Origin: Daphnia carinata
Taxonomy: Eukaryota
DNA: 64,000 nucleotides
Reading direction: 5' to 3'
Assembly: GCF_022539665.2 (NCBI RefSeq)
Contig: NC_081333.1
Span: 2,170,001 to 2,234,000 of the forward strand
The translations under genes were made by a program, and so were the position numbers. The notes below the pieces were generated by a model. It saw nothing but the letters and a program-made list of their open reading frames with translations. It was not told the origin of the DNA and did not search any database. Below, piece by piece: positions 39,353 to 52,843 of this stretch; position 1 is the first letter of the stretch; every line of letters begins with the position of its first letter.

Positions 39353-40908
39353 CTAAATCTTGAGCGTGGCAGCCAAGTGTTCGACCGCTTTAGTTGCATT
39401 GTGAATACAGTCATTGACTGAGACTCCGTCGAATGAAGCACCTATCAATACAAGGCCTAGTCGGTTATCGTCGACATAGCGCCGAATTTTTTCCACCCGA
39501 TCACAATGGCCTACAGTGTATTGCGGAATGCTGAAAAGCAAAGTCAAAATTACAGATGACTTCTCAGATTATAATGCATATCTTACCATTGCCGTAGAAT
39601 ATGGACTTGGGTACGGGCTGGTGCGTCGCTTATACCAAGTACTGATTCCATTTGACCCAGAGCTATTTTTAACAATGCTTCTTCATTAATATGGTCACCA
39701 AAAAGGCTTTTAAACCATTTTCCACCCATCATCGCGGTTAGTATAGTTCGATCGCCTTGAGGAAAACTGCAGGTATCATATACCACTCCTAGTAGCGGTG
39801 AGTTTTGAGATGACGGCACTAGGAAACCGAATGCATCATGGTTCAACCGTTGACCAGCCCATTCCAAGTTGACTAGTCCCACCGTGACGGAATCAATTGA
39901 TTTAAGTAATTTGGCCAAGGTAGGGTGGGTCTTTTCTACTAATTCAGATAATTTGAGCGATGGCAACGCACTAATCACCTTGCAACAATGCAGTTCTTCT
40001 TCGCCAGATCGCACTACGAAACTACCGTCTTTTCGAACTTCTAAATCTAGTAATATTTTTAATGATTAATACAACATCTAAAAGGAAGTTGATTCTGTCC
40101 AATATAAATTTACCTGTGCAGGGAGATTCAACATATAATTCTACCCCAGCATTTGTGATTTTTTCTGCTAGAGTTTCTGGGAGTGACTGTATTCCTCCTT
40201 GCAAACTCCACACCGGCCAGCGTTCTGACTGAGCTTTTTTGGCTAAATCCGAAACTTGGTACGTGGGCGGTGGAGGTTTTCGCAATGCACTGGTCAGGAA
40301 GCCAAATGTTATGCGACCATATTTTTGCTCAGCCTCCTTAAGCGATTTCAGCAAAAACTTTACGCTAATCTCCTTAGCATCACCAGCGCACACTCCGCGT
40401 ACCAATGGGTCAATAGCAAATTCTGCTATGTCCGGCCCAAGACGACGAGAAACGAAATCAAACATTGATTCGTCATCTTTGGAACTTTTGCTTGTAAATA
40501 GGTCACGGAGAACAGCTGCAAGTAAGGGTTTGTGAAAAGGGGGCGTGGTTTTGAACAAAGCAGATAATTGTGTCGGCAATCGGATTAGTTTAGAATCAAC
40601 GTAAACGTAACGATTAACAGAAGAGGGATGACCATAGGGAACATTAATAATGTGTTCTTGAAGTCCAAGTTCCTGTACAAGATTTAATGCAGTTATTCCT
40701 GACTCTCCAACAGGTCTTAGTGTTCGTGGGCCATGTTCATACACAACACCATCTTCATTCCTGGTGCTATGTATCCAACCTCCTAAACGATTGGCTGCTT
40801 CGAAAAGTACAATACGTTGGGGGCAGGATGGATTTGGGACAACTTATATGCTGCTGTTAAGCCACTTATGCCACCACCAAGGATTGCCACTGTTCCTGAA
40901 GATCCCAT
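39353..40908 (-). CDS. PPOX: Protoporphyrinogen oxidase (apparent 1-nt frameshift in exon 1)
   Basis: ILGGGISGLTAAY FAD motif, RLGGWI, EHGPRTLR, FGFLVP, IPQYTVGH and GVSVNDCI. The ATG frame stops at 40783-40785, while the conserved sequence continues in another frame. Confidence 0.92.
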
Positions 40909-41638
40909 TTCTAGGATAAACAATATTGTCAGAAAGTATTACAGATTGTTGTTTACGTTGTCTATGTAATGAAAAAAACAATCAGAAGTATTCTGAAAAA
41001 AATTAAATGCCAATATTACATATGTAGTTTTCAGTTAGAACTGTTTGAAAATATGTTCAGCCACAGACGACAAGATTCTACTGCCTACACAAATATCCTT
41101 TAGTTATTATCAAATCGAATAATCTGTAAAAACGGGGATAGATCTAAGAGTTGGAACTTGGCAGTTCAAAAAGCAAATAGAAACTTCTGAAAACTGCCTG
41201 CATACAGCATACCTACTATTTAAGAACAAACTTTTGAAGAAATTATCACGAGTGAGTGATCTTTTCGACGTCTTACAGTTTTGATAACCCTCCACGTGGG
41301 TTCATAATGTCATCAAACGAGCGATAGCCCGTTTGTTTATTAAAAGGAACCAGATACGCCCCGACTGTAGAATGGCATTCCAACCCCCTCTACTGGATTT
41401 TTAGCGCGGTTTTTACGGATGCAGACCTGTTTGATGATTTTGATTTGCTTTGGATATGGTTTGCTGTGATGGTAAAATAAGTATGGATTTTTTGCGAAAT
41501 TTTAACGAAATTTAAAAACGTCTCGTTAACAATACACCATATATTGGTTGATTTTCTTCAGAAAAAAAAAAAGAGTTACTAGCTTATTTTATACTGTCCT
41601 GTACAATATTTATTTTAAACCTAGATCCATTGATAACA

Positions 41639-42407
41639 TTATGAAACATGCTCAAGGACACCCTGAGCGATAAGAAGTTCACACTGTACGCGAGGCAACA
41701 GATGCAAGCTGTTCTTTTTCAAAACTACAATATCACCATCCTCAGTTTCAAACTCACCAAAATCTGTAAGACATTTAACTTGAATGTAGAGGTTTTTGGG
41801 TGGCTTTAGGTTCTGTGTAAGATCAAGGGAGTAACTCCCTTCACCAATAGATTTCATATATGTAGCAAGGGATTTGTTGTACTTAATAAAAAACTGGGTT
41901 TCAGGCTCACAAATATTTGCCTTAATATCTGGAGGCAGCACAGATCCAAAATGCCAGCGATGCTCTTTGATTCTTTCAAGTCTATTGTAAAGATAAGCCA
42001 TCAAACACCTAAAGAGAATATTTAATAGACTAGTAATAAATAAAGATTTTCATTTTACAAGTTTACCTCTTATTTCTTTCTAGGGCACAGTGACGAATAT
42101 GTACTGAAGTAATGTATTCTGATTCCCCTGCTACAGCAGAGCTCCTGGAGAGATATATTATTAGTGGACAATCTTACCTCATTTGATTTATTTTAAATTT
42201 TTTTACGCATCTCTTTGGTTTTCCTCAAACAACGCTCTCATCTCCTCCAGTACTTGGCGAACTGCATCTTCCTACCAGAATGTCGGTTAGAACATGAAAT
42301 AAAAAGTTTTTAAAGGATAAAAGAAGTTAGATTACGTTGAAGGGTGGAAGGAAGTCTTTAGCTCTTTCGAGTTCCTGTATGAGCTCAACTCCTCTTTGAG
42401 CAAACAT
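41639..42407 (-). CDS. GINS1: GINS complex subunit PSF1
   Basis: LPPFNEDAVRQVLEEM, RHCALERNKRCLMAYLYNRLERI, RWHFGSVLP, KPPKNLYIQVKCL and LIAQGVLEH. Confidence 0.95.
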
Positions 42408-43248
42408 CTTGACGAAACGATGATTCCTTCAACCATAGCTTTATAAACACAAAAAAAGGATGGCGGGAACATGGACTGCTTAATACTCATGGCCTATCGC
42501 ACGACAACTAGTTAAACTTTCAGCGACGATTGCACATCGCTAAGTACAGGCTGGTGGCGCCATTGGTGGCCGAAAGATGCACACAGTTGAAGAAAACCAG
42601 AAATTGGCCGAAGATCAGAACGTACTGGCGCGACACACGTCAGTTCGAATCGACGTAAAGGCGGTTTTTTTTTCTATGAGGGCTGATAATACAGCTGTGA
42701 ATTTAACCAGCTTTCTAAATAAAACATGCGTAAGAATCTTCGTAACTGTTAATATCGGTAACGATGTAGCTTGCAGGCAACCCTAAGCCCAAAAAATGAA
42801 ATAAAAATATTAAAACTCGAGAGTAAATTATTATGTCAATTTAGGTTATATATTTAAGTTGTCGCGACCAAATCACCGCGCTAGATTCTTTTCCATTTGG
42901 GAAGTGAAAGAAAAAATTTTCTAACGGGCGAGAATTAACAGATTTAATTCTTTGACGGTCGCTTAGAGGACTGTGATTTCTTCATGTGCCAAACACAGAC
43001 CATGCTATAATATATGAAACAACGTAGTTAGTCACAATGTATCATCGGGATACTTGTCCAGTGTTTTTCATTTAAGCAACCGAACAATGATGCCCAATGG
43101 GAACGTGCCAGTCGAGAATATCTATACATCTCTTATCGAAGGTAGGTCATTGGGACAAACGATTCAAATGCGTGAGCATAACAAATGGATGGCGAGAATT
43201 GACTAGGTTGCTTGATAACGGGTCAAGCGGAAGAAGCGTGGAATGTCA

Positions 43249-45530
43249 CTATTCTGAAGACGATTCAGGTTGCTCTATTAGGGATTCGCGCTGTTCTCCG
43301 TCGTCACTGTCGCTCATAAACCGATTTCTGTCAACGAAAAACCAAGATCTTTGAATGCCCGAAATGACAAATTGGAACACAAAAAGTTTACCTATTGCGT
43401 GAACGGCAAGAATCAACGATGCGGTTGAGTATCTGAGCAACTGGGTCCCACTCTTCCCAGTGAGACAGTAATGTGACGGCAAAGAAACTGAGGAACATTG
43501 GAATGGAGCCGATATAGAATAGGAATGGATAGGAAACATGCTTGACGGCCACATCAGCCAGCATTGACAGAGGAATTGTCAGACTCATGGCCAATGTGGC
43601 AATAAGCGATGACGTCAGAAAGCAGCCCCTAAAATTTAGATAATTTTAAGTGAATTTCTATGGTCACTCTTCTAACTTTCTTCTATGCGAAACTTTCAAA
43701 ACATCCTCTTGGTCGAAGTTGAAGCGTTGTGTTGGCCTCAACGGCCTTTTTGAATTAGTATTTAAAATTTTTTTGGGCTCTCCCTCATACTATGCCTAAA
43801 AGGCTTGCACTACGAGAAAGTTTCGATCTCTTGCGTTTCAAAGTGAACCACAAAGGAAAATTACAAGCATGACTACGTGGGCAAGTGAATCAAATGTGAA
43901 ATAACACAGATTCTACCAATCCCTACTACTATAATTACCAATTATACTACTAGGAACACTTTTACCATAGCCATAGGAACTCCGAGAGAACGGTGCCAAT
44001 AAGTCCGTTTAGGGCAATGTACAACCACTGCTGCTGTGTTGGCCATACAAATATTTCCAGTTTGGTAGCATGAAGGATGAAGAAGGATGGCCACATCACT
44101 ATAGTGTTTATAAGTCCAACGAAGCCTGCGAAATTAAGCAAATTCACTACTCGTCCTAGTAACTTTTCTAGTCATAAATACCGAAAAACATTGGAATGCT
44201 CATTTTATCTTCGTGGTCAACACGACGTTTTAATAGCACCAGGTAGGCGGCATAGCACATGGAGCCAGCTAAGGCCCATCCTGCACCCACAGGAATAGAC
44301 TGCTCTACCTTTAAATCCGACAAGCTAACCAGTACAACTCCAGCAATACTGAAAACAACTGCGATGAGCTTTGTGAGTGTAAACCTATCACTCGAACCCG
44401 ACGGTAGGCAAGCAGCAAGCATTAAAGTAAACAGACTGCTACTTGACGAAAGCACATTCACGAGGCCAGCTTCTGTGTGGGACAATGCCGCTTGGTAGCT
44501 ATAATTACCTAAAAACCACTATAGGATAACAATAACAACCAAGTTTATTAGTAAATTTTTGTTATTAAACGTCAAGAAGCTAATACCAATAATGAAAACG
44601 TAGCGGCAACTTTCATAGTCTCCAAAGAGGAGAGTTTTTCTGCGCACCGACGGGTTGCAACTTCTGCCCGGATTGAGGCGGAATACGACAAGCGAGCCAT
44701 TAAAGCGTCAACAGCTTCGTTGGGTGATAGCTCACGGACCTTTTTGCCACAAATAGTATTGATTGAAAAATTACGGCATTTCTAGAGATATGGGAAAACC
44801 TCTACGACTCCGTTGAATCGAACCGATCTTGAGGTGCTCTCTTCAGTACTTTCGAGAATTGATGCTGGCTGACCAGATTCTTCGTCAGTTTTCATGGGAA
44901 CGAATGTAGGTCCACTCTTTAATGACACAACATTTTTTCTATGAGAAATACTACAAATTGAATTTTACAAAATACTATAGCTTACAAGCACTGAAGAGGG
45001 ATCTTCTGGGTCTTCTATCACATCTTGCTTTAAATGCTGTACAGTATTTATCTCCAGATAAGATATATAGAATTTACTTATGATTAAGTTGACAACTCCT
45101 ACCTGGTACTCATATGTGTGTCCAAAACACTGTTCTCTCCAGGACTTGGCAAAAATAAACCCAGTCAAATAAATCATGAAGAAACTTGTTTTGAAATAAG
45201 TAGTAAAGAAGGGTTTGTCATATTCTGCATTTTGAAAAATATACTGAAAAAAAATTGTGGTGAAACCTTTTCTCTAATATAATGATAATGATAAATTATT
45301 ACTTTTGTCAGTTCTGATGAAAGCACCTGGAAATACAGAAAGTCAAAAATAGGTAAATAAATAGTGGGAAAACGACAAATATAAGTTACCCAAATAACAT
45401 CGACAAAAAGAAGCAGAAGTAGGCCTAGTAGAAGACGTTGGCTTTTCGATAATAAACTGGTGCACGAAATGAAGGACAGTGAAGAAGGAACTACGAGGAT
45501 TGTTTCATCCTCGGACAGTGCTACGGCCAT
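43249..45530 (-). CDS. SLC35F5: Solute carrier 35 F5 (DMT family)
   Basis: [53 protein letters not shown] and [14 protein letters not shown]. Confidence 0.92.
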
Positions 45531-45988
45531 TATATTTTTGCACGGAGTAACAGTGTACACGATACGACATTGAGAATCTTTTAAAGCAGTTTAATTTTTC
45601 TCGAATTAAACTTGAGGTAGACAAAAATTTCTTAAGTTTTCACAACACTTTCTTCTAGTATTGGACTGTCAAAGATCGAAGTATTGATGACACAAAGGAG
45701 TTGCACGCTCAAGTTATTGAAAAACATATTTATAGTTGTATTATTAGTAATAGAATAAATTTCTAAAATTCAATAAAAAATATAGTTAGCAGCATAAGAA
45801 GTAGGATGGAATAATGCTTCTTATTTTTTAAACCATAATTGAAATTGGCAACACCAAATTTAAATTTGTTTTATAGTTCCCTATATCGTCTGTTTCAAAG
45901 GAAAATCAACAGTTTAAGTGGTTTTCGTGTGGTTTTTACTGAAGTTCGTTAGTTCGAACATCTTTTATTAACTGAACTTCCAACTAGA

Positions 45989-47486
45989 ATGGCAGAAACA
46001 GTTTGTGCAAAGTTTGTTTCAAAAAAGATCCGTAAAGTGCGATGGCAACACCCTGCTGCTTTCGGTCGCCCAAATCCAGAATACTTTGTCACCGGTAGCT
46101 GGGATGACGAGGTTCATCATATAAATAAATTACTTCATAATCTATTATGGAGTTCATTTACTTTTTTCTTTTACCTTCTCCACAGCAAAATGAGGTATCT
46201 TTTTGGAATGTCATTCAACCAAATGAGCAGAATATTGATCCTGTATTGGTGTCTACGGTTCCTGTCTCTGGGGATGTGAATGATATAGCTGTAAGCATGA
46301 AAAATGTTTCTAAAAAACTTATTATTTTAACTGTATAAAAATGTTTTGTCTCCCTTTTCTAGTTCTATGACACATCCACCTTCTTTGTTGCCTTGGGCAA
46401 TGGTTCTATTGCAATGATGAAGATAGACCAAAAATTAACAATGATTAGTCAATGGAAAGACATTCATCATTTCAAGTAAGTTAAAAAATAAATAAGAATA
46501 AAATTAATTGAAAATAACATTTACCGTTTTATAGAAGTATGAAAGCTCCTGCTACTGGTGTTCTTTGCCAATCCCCTGAGATAGCATCTATTGGAGAGGA
46601 TGGTAAACTAAATTTGATGCGAATGAACCAAGAGAAGCCCTATAAAACTCTTGGTAAAGTTTAATTTCCTTTAAGTCATACCTAAAGAAATGTCTTGATG
46701 GCATTCCACAAAAATTTACTTCTGTTTTTTTTTTTTTGAGGAGTAAATTCTTGTAGTTTCTATTTCCAGTTTTCAAAATTACCAAAATTGTTAATTGAAC
46801 TTTCAGATGCTGATAGCTGCAGCTTAAACGCAGCCGTTTTCACCTCTCAAAACGAAATTTTCACGGGAAATTCAAGAGGTATGATCAAACTGTGGGATTT
46901 GCGATCAGTATCGGAGAAGCCAATATTATCAACTTCACTTTCCGAAGATTCAGAGGTGACAAGGCAGTCTTCGTAACTTTCTTAGTTACTACTTATTCTT
47001 TACTAGGTGGGTGTAACAAGTATGGACAAACATCCGTTTCAAGGACACATAGTTGCCGTAGGTGGCTATGATGGAATGCTCACTATATATGATATGCGCA
47101 AGGCCCAGACTCCAGTGACCGTTATGGAAGCTTCGGACAATTGCCTGAACGATTTGCGCTTTCACCCAGAACGAGCAGATCATCTATTTACCGCTAGTGA
47201 ATCAGGAGCCGTGTGGCATTGGGTTCCATTATCTGGGAAAAATCCTGCTACAAGTATTAAAAAAAAAGAAAAAAGAACTGGATAATTTTTTAACATATAT
47301 TGACTCGTAGGTGGCTCATCTAGTAACCTTTGGCTGAGTGGAGATTTGGCTACTCAACAACTTAACATAAAAGAAATTCTCCCCACTCTACCCCTAGCAG
47401 TAAACAGTGTGGACGTCTGTGGAGAATCTCTGATATGCGGAGGAGATAATGAGGCATTTTATTATGTTTCAAATGTTGTATTCTGA
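45989..47486 (+). CDS. NUP43: Nucleoporin Nup43 (WD40)
   Basis: FVSKKIRKVRW, FVTGSWDD, KLWDLR, HPFQGHIVAVGG, FHPERADHLFT and ICGGDNEA. Confidence 0.93.
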
Positions 47487-47535
47487 ATTTACCTGTGAAA
47501 ACAATAAAATCTGTCTTCCTTTCCGTCAAGCAGTT

Positions 47536-48715
47536 TCACGTGTATAGGTTGACAAAAGTAGGTACAGTTTTGCACCCTGCAGCGACAAAATAGTCTTTTC
47601 GGGGAGGAATGAAGCGAAAATGTTGGATAATTTTATCTATAAGATCAGGTGATGCTACCTTCTTCTTTAACTGCAAATCGTTATGAATGCACTGCTCTAA
47701 CTGCATCTTCTCAAGAGGCAGATAAGGAACCGGAACGAAAGGTATCTTCCGCTGGGCGAAACCGTTGATAAGATGAGAAGTCAACTTCTTAATGGTCTCG
47801 CGAATATCTTCATGACTTACAGTGTGTCTAGTTCCAAATCTCTCGCGCTCGTGAAAAAGCAATTCGGCAAATTCCTTCTGGCCATAATTACTCGTCAGTA
47901 TTATAACAATTTTTTGGCGAGCGCAAGAAATATTTTGACTGACACTGGACACCATATCAAGCAAAGTTTCAATCAGTTGACTATTCGCGTAGTCTGAATC
48001 TTCAATAAAAATGAGGTTCCAGTGACAACACTTTAACTCATGGAAGGCCATTTGAATCTCTTGCAAGTTTGACCAGGGTCCAAGGTGTAAAGACACTTGA
48101 TTAGTTTGTTCTGACATGGAGTTAGCAATCAAGTGGGTTGTCCACGTTTTTCCTGTTCCAGGTCCTCCTAGGAGAACAAGCACTGCCATTTGTTCAACTG
48201 TTACTTGAAGTTCTTCCAGTGCATCAATAATTGTTTTAGCTGCTGGCAACTGCCCATAAAGATTAGTAGTTAATTCATGTTTCAGTAGCTTGAGATCCAC
48301 CTCCATTGATTTTGTGTCACAGAGATCCCAGTCTTTGTATGAACTGGTTAGTGACAATATAACTGTTACAATTAATATCACACCCAACAAGAATATGTTA
48401 CCATAACTTGATGTTTTGGGATCAGATGTTTCACATGTCTTCTTACATTTTTCTTTTGATTCAATTTTATTTGTGGGTTTTAGAAAGTGGTTGGCTGGTT
48501 TGCACTCTGTATTAGCATTTAACGCTAGATTTTTTCCTATGCATTGGCCTCCTGGAAAAGGCTGATACAGAACCAATGCCTTGGAAGGATCTGAGGCATG
48601 AGTTTTCAATACCAATTTCCTTCGTGAAGGGTTTGAGATTTCTACGTTCACTAGATAATTGCAATGGAAATTAAAATCTTTCATGAGATAGCATAACATG
48701 AGATTGATGCTTACT
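47536..48715 (-). CDS. Torsin-family AAA+ protein with an N-terminal transmembrane anchor
   Basis: LTTNLYGQ, Walker A GGPGTGKT, IILTSN, VPYLPLE...CI and the torsin sensor-II GCKTV; hydrophobic segment IFLLGVILIVTVILSL. Probable ATG split by intron 48651-48714. Confidence 0.85.
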
Positions 48716-49031
48716 TTTCCTATGGCATATTACGTGCGGCAAGATGGAAAAACCAAAAAACTATTTAAAGGACATGTAATTGTTAATAAACATCTGAATC
48801 AGAAAACGGAAAAGGAGAAACTAAAACAATGGTGGGCAATGGGCAAGAAGATCGTGGCAAAAATGTTTTTCGATTTGAATATTACTGTTTCTTTTCGTCT
48901 GCTTTTCTTCAAATGTCAAAACTGTATCGTCTGCATTTATTGCATCGTTTCAAAACAGTTTTGGGATTAAATACAAACCGTAGAAGCTACAATGACTAAT
49001 AAAATCTGTATCAGAAATCATTGAAAAGAAA

Positions 49032-50320
49032 ATGAATGAAGTTCATAACCTGTTTCCACGTGAAAGGGATGGTCTACAGTTAGACAAAATGGACGATAAG
49101 AAATTAAATCCGTCCATCCTGCATCTTTTCGGTGAAATCACTCAGATGTACCTGGAAGTTCGCAACAATTCTGCAGCCCAATTCTCGGAGATGGATTGTT
49201 CCACGCTTTTACTGAAAGCCGAGTCTACCCTGCATTATGTGTGGGAGAAATTACATACTGGCCAATGGAAGGATGTTGATCCAGAGTGGAGAAAATTGTA
49301 TTCATATGTTTCACTTTTCAAAGCACTTCTCTGTCTAGAACTTAGTAAAGATGAAGACGAAGGTCTAGTTAATGCAATTGCTGCATGTGATATGGGTCTC
49401 ATCATGGGAGAGCCAATACTAGATGGTTTGTTGAGCAATATAGCAGACAGCCTTAATGAAAAGTTATGGAAGTTGTCAGAGACCAAAAAAGCCATTCAAG
49501 AGAACCAAAAGGAACAAGAAGACAGCAATGGATGCTACCCTAAAATAAACAAAAACAATTTCGTAGAGACTGTCCACACACCTAGCATAGAAACATTTTT
49601 GCTAGACATCATGGACAAAAAGCCTGTAGTAATCACAGGTAATACATCAATAAGTGTTTTTAAGAATTTAAATTAGCCAGTTCATGTTTTCAACTAGGTG
49701 CAATGGACTTCTGGCCAGCAATGTCTGAATCTCGGTGGAGCATTAATTACTTTAGGAAAGTCGCTGGCTATCGAACTGTGCCTATTGAAATTGGTTCAAA
49801 GTATACCGACGATGCCTGGTCCCAATCTCTTACAACCGTGAACGAGTTCATTGACAATTATATTTTTACTTCAAGCGCCACAGCAGGATATTTAGCGCAA
49901 TATCAACTTTTCCAGCAAATTCCACAATTAAAAAAAGATATTCTTGTTCCAGATTATTGCTACTTAGGTACTTGTGACGATATCCAAGTGAATGCATGGT
50001 TTGGTCCTCGCGGAACAATCTCGCCCCTCCACTATGATCCTGACCACAACTTCCTTAGTCAAGTTGTTGGTTCGAAATATATTCGCCTATACAGTCAAGA
50101 AGTGACCGCGTCTCTTTACCCACACCAGCAGCATCTACTTTTCAATACCAGTCAAGTGGACGTTGAGCATCCAGATTTAGAAAATTTTCCTCTTTTCCCC
50201 TCTGCTCCCTATCTTGAGACAATTTTGGAGTCTGGAAGCATGCTGTATTTACCTCCTCGTATGTGGCATTATGTTCGATCTTTGAGTACGAGTTTCTCTG
50301 TTAGTTTTTGGTGGAAATAA
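49032..50320 (+). CDS. KDM8: JmjC-domain protein JMJD5/KDM8
   Basis: [46 protein letters not shown] (HxD), WHYVRSL and SFSVSFWW; one intron. Confidence 0.95.
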
Positions 50321-50396
50321 AGATACGGAAGCTGCGAGCTATTACATAATGAATTAGTTGTATTCTCTGTCTCTATGATTCAACAAGAATCCATTT

Positions 50397-51398
50397 CTAA
50401 TGCGAGAACAAAGGTAATTCGGAGCTTGGGCATAGTCCGATTGCTAAAACGTATAGAAGAGCAAAGAAGAAGTTGAGTTTTGCTGTCTTTTTTGGTATAT
50501 GTCGCATATCTTCACTGCGGAACTCTTTCTCCAACCGAAAGGCAGAAGGTAAAGTGATAAGAGGCAACAATAGCCACTTGGAGTAGTGAAGTGCGAACAC
50601 CACGAAGACCATGTAAGGCAGGAAAAGAAGGCAAGCAAACAACACGATGGATGCAGGTGTGCCGATAAGGATTGCCAGTGTCACGATGCCCGCTCGTCGA
50701 TCCGTGTTCATGTCTCTTGTATTATTGCTGTGCAAAATCGCCTCCGTGTTCAGGGCTAGAGGAATTGCATACCAAATGGTAGCCCATTCCGTCTGGCCCG
50801 ATTGCGCCAAATAGGAGAACAGCAATGTGATTGGTCCAAATATAATGAGTATCATGACGTCTCCCAGTGCGATGTATTTGAAACCGATTCCGCCGGTGTA
50901 GAGGAAAGAGCTAGAAAGGCCTCCAAAGTAGACCAATGCTAGATGTTCCATGCGAGCAGGAGAGAGGAAGACGAGCGCGATGAATCCAAGACAGCCCAAT
51001 CCGTAGAGAACAGCTCCAAGGGTAACCACTTCATCTTTCGAAAGAAGCTGGTCAACTAGGGTGCGATCATCACTTTTCTGTTTATTGTCGATGCCTTTAA
51101 TGAAGTCAAAATATGTGTTGACAAGGTTACCAGCTGCGTGAACTGAAAGCGCACACAGAGCAGTAAGGATAAGCACAATTGGACTGAATTCACCAGTAGC
51201 CTTGTTGGCAACAGCACAGCCCAAGAGTACAGGCATCAGAGAAGCACTGAAAGACCATGGTCTCAGAGCTTCAACATAGGAAGACAGTTTGATGGAAGTA
51301 GGAAAGTAGTTGCTGATATCCTGCTGCAAAGAACTAGTTGACTTAGGAAGAGCTTTCTTCTTCCTTGCATTGCATCTTGCCTCTGCTTCTGCTTGAAA
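50397..51398 (-). CDS. UBIAD1: UbiA prenyltransferase domain protein 1 (heix); start codon unresolved
   Basis: ALRPWSFSASL, HAAGNLVNTYFDF, SDDRTLVD, KYIALGD and LHSNNTRD. The frame is open up to a TAG at 51399-51401. Confidence 0.93.
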   Translation of the reverse strand, partial: FQAEAEARCNARKKKALPKSTSSLQQDISNYFPTSIKLSSYVEALRPWSFSASLMPVLLGCAVANKATGEFSPIVLILTALCALSVHAAGNLVNTYFDFIKGIDNKQKSDDRTLVDQLLSKDEVVTLGAVLYGLGCLGFIALVFLSPARMEHLALVYFGGLSSSFLYTGGIGFKYIALGDVMILIIFGPITLLFSYLAQSGQTEWATIWYAIPLALNTEAILHSNNTRDMNTDRRAGIVTLAILIGTPASIVLFACLLFLPYMVFVVFALHYSKWLLLPLITLPSAFRLEKEFRSEDMRHIPKKTAKLNFFFALLYVLAIGLCPSSELPLFSH

Positions 51399-52843
51399 CT
51401 AACTGTTAGTTTGAAGCCACAAAACCTGAAAATAAATAGTCTTGCTTTCTTTCAACTTTCACTGTTGATCGAATCACAAAAGGCATTCAAGTGAATCACA
51501 TTTACATGTTGGCAGGAATCAGAACCCTTCCCCACTGTTTGAATCATTGCCCAATCACCTTGAATGTCTTTAGAGAACAAAAAAACAGGGGACAAACTTG
51601 AATAATTAGATTTTAATTGCATATGTTGGGATGAACGAGAAATGGCGAAAGCAAGAAAAAACAGGGAAAGCAAGCTGTAACCATGGCAACGAAGTAAGTG
51701 TTTCGCATTGTCGATTCAGCGCAACATATTTAACCTTTAATTGTTTAATTTAAAGCAACTCTACACGTTTTAAACCAATTGTTGTAATATTTTGTTTTTC
51801 CATCTGACGTAGCCTCTATAATTTCTCATAAGATGACGTCACTAACCTGCTAGTCGTGTCGATTGTCAAGTTGCCAATGCTTTCACTGTTTTTTGTTGCT
51901 AGCGTATTTAGCGTTTGTACATTAGAAAGCGTAAAAGTTCAAAAATACCAGTATTATTGACCGACTCGTATAAAATAGTAAATGAGAAATTGGGGTTACT
52001 TAAATCACGTTAATCTAGTAGTTCGGATTGAACCATTTATAAAATGTAAAATAAAATATGTCCTGCAGCTTCTACACTAGTTTCGGCAACAAGCAATTGA
52101 AAAATGGAAAAAAGAAAACTCTTTTAAATGCCCGCAAAGGATGCATATCTTTTACATTGTAAACATTACATATACATATGAAAATTTATTTTTTTTCCGT
52201 TTTATTCTTTCATATTAGAATGGAATTAACTGAATTTTCCTTTTTTAGAATTATTATTATTGATGAAAACTTTAGATCAATAAACGTGACAGTTAATTTT
52301 AGTATTTTTTGTGGCAGAAGACTAAGTGGACAGGGGTTACATTTTATATTAGAAAAAAACAAACATATACTGTATGTATCATGATGCAGCTCTAAGTGCT
52401 CCTTAGTTACAACAAACCATGTTGGTTATCTAGTCACAAACGTATAATTTTATTGCGTACTGTGTGGTATCATAGATTTATGAAAGGTGCTAATTGAATG
52501 ATAACGAGCAACTTGCTATCTTATGATATGGAAAGGAAAAGATATGATATAAAACAAGGATAGTGTCGCTAAAGGGAGCTGAGAACGCACAGTTAGCTTG
52601 TCGAACCTATGGCTGACAAAACGTTAACGGCAGTTTAACACTGGACGTGTTTTAAAAAAGTGAAAAAGCTAGATTACTAATGTAATAGTGGCAGCTGTTG
52701 AGAAATATTCTGTGTGAACTTCTTTGAATATCGAAATAAGTAAGCGGAGCATTGTTATTCATTCCAAGACAGTCAATAATTTCGCAACTTTCATACGCTC
52801 AGTGCTGACAAATACTTTTCTGTGATATTAGTGTTCTGTAAAA

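Noticed and set aside
43629..43964. ncRNA (U4atac, U11 or snoRNA) in the long SLC35F5 intron
   Set aside because: Only fragmentary resemblance; no complete motif set recognised.
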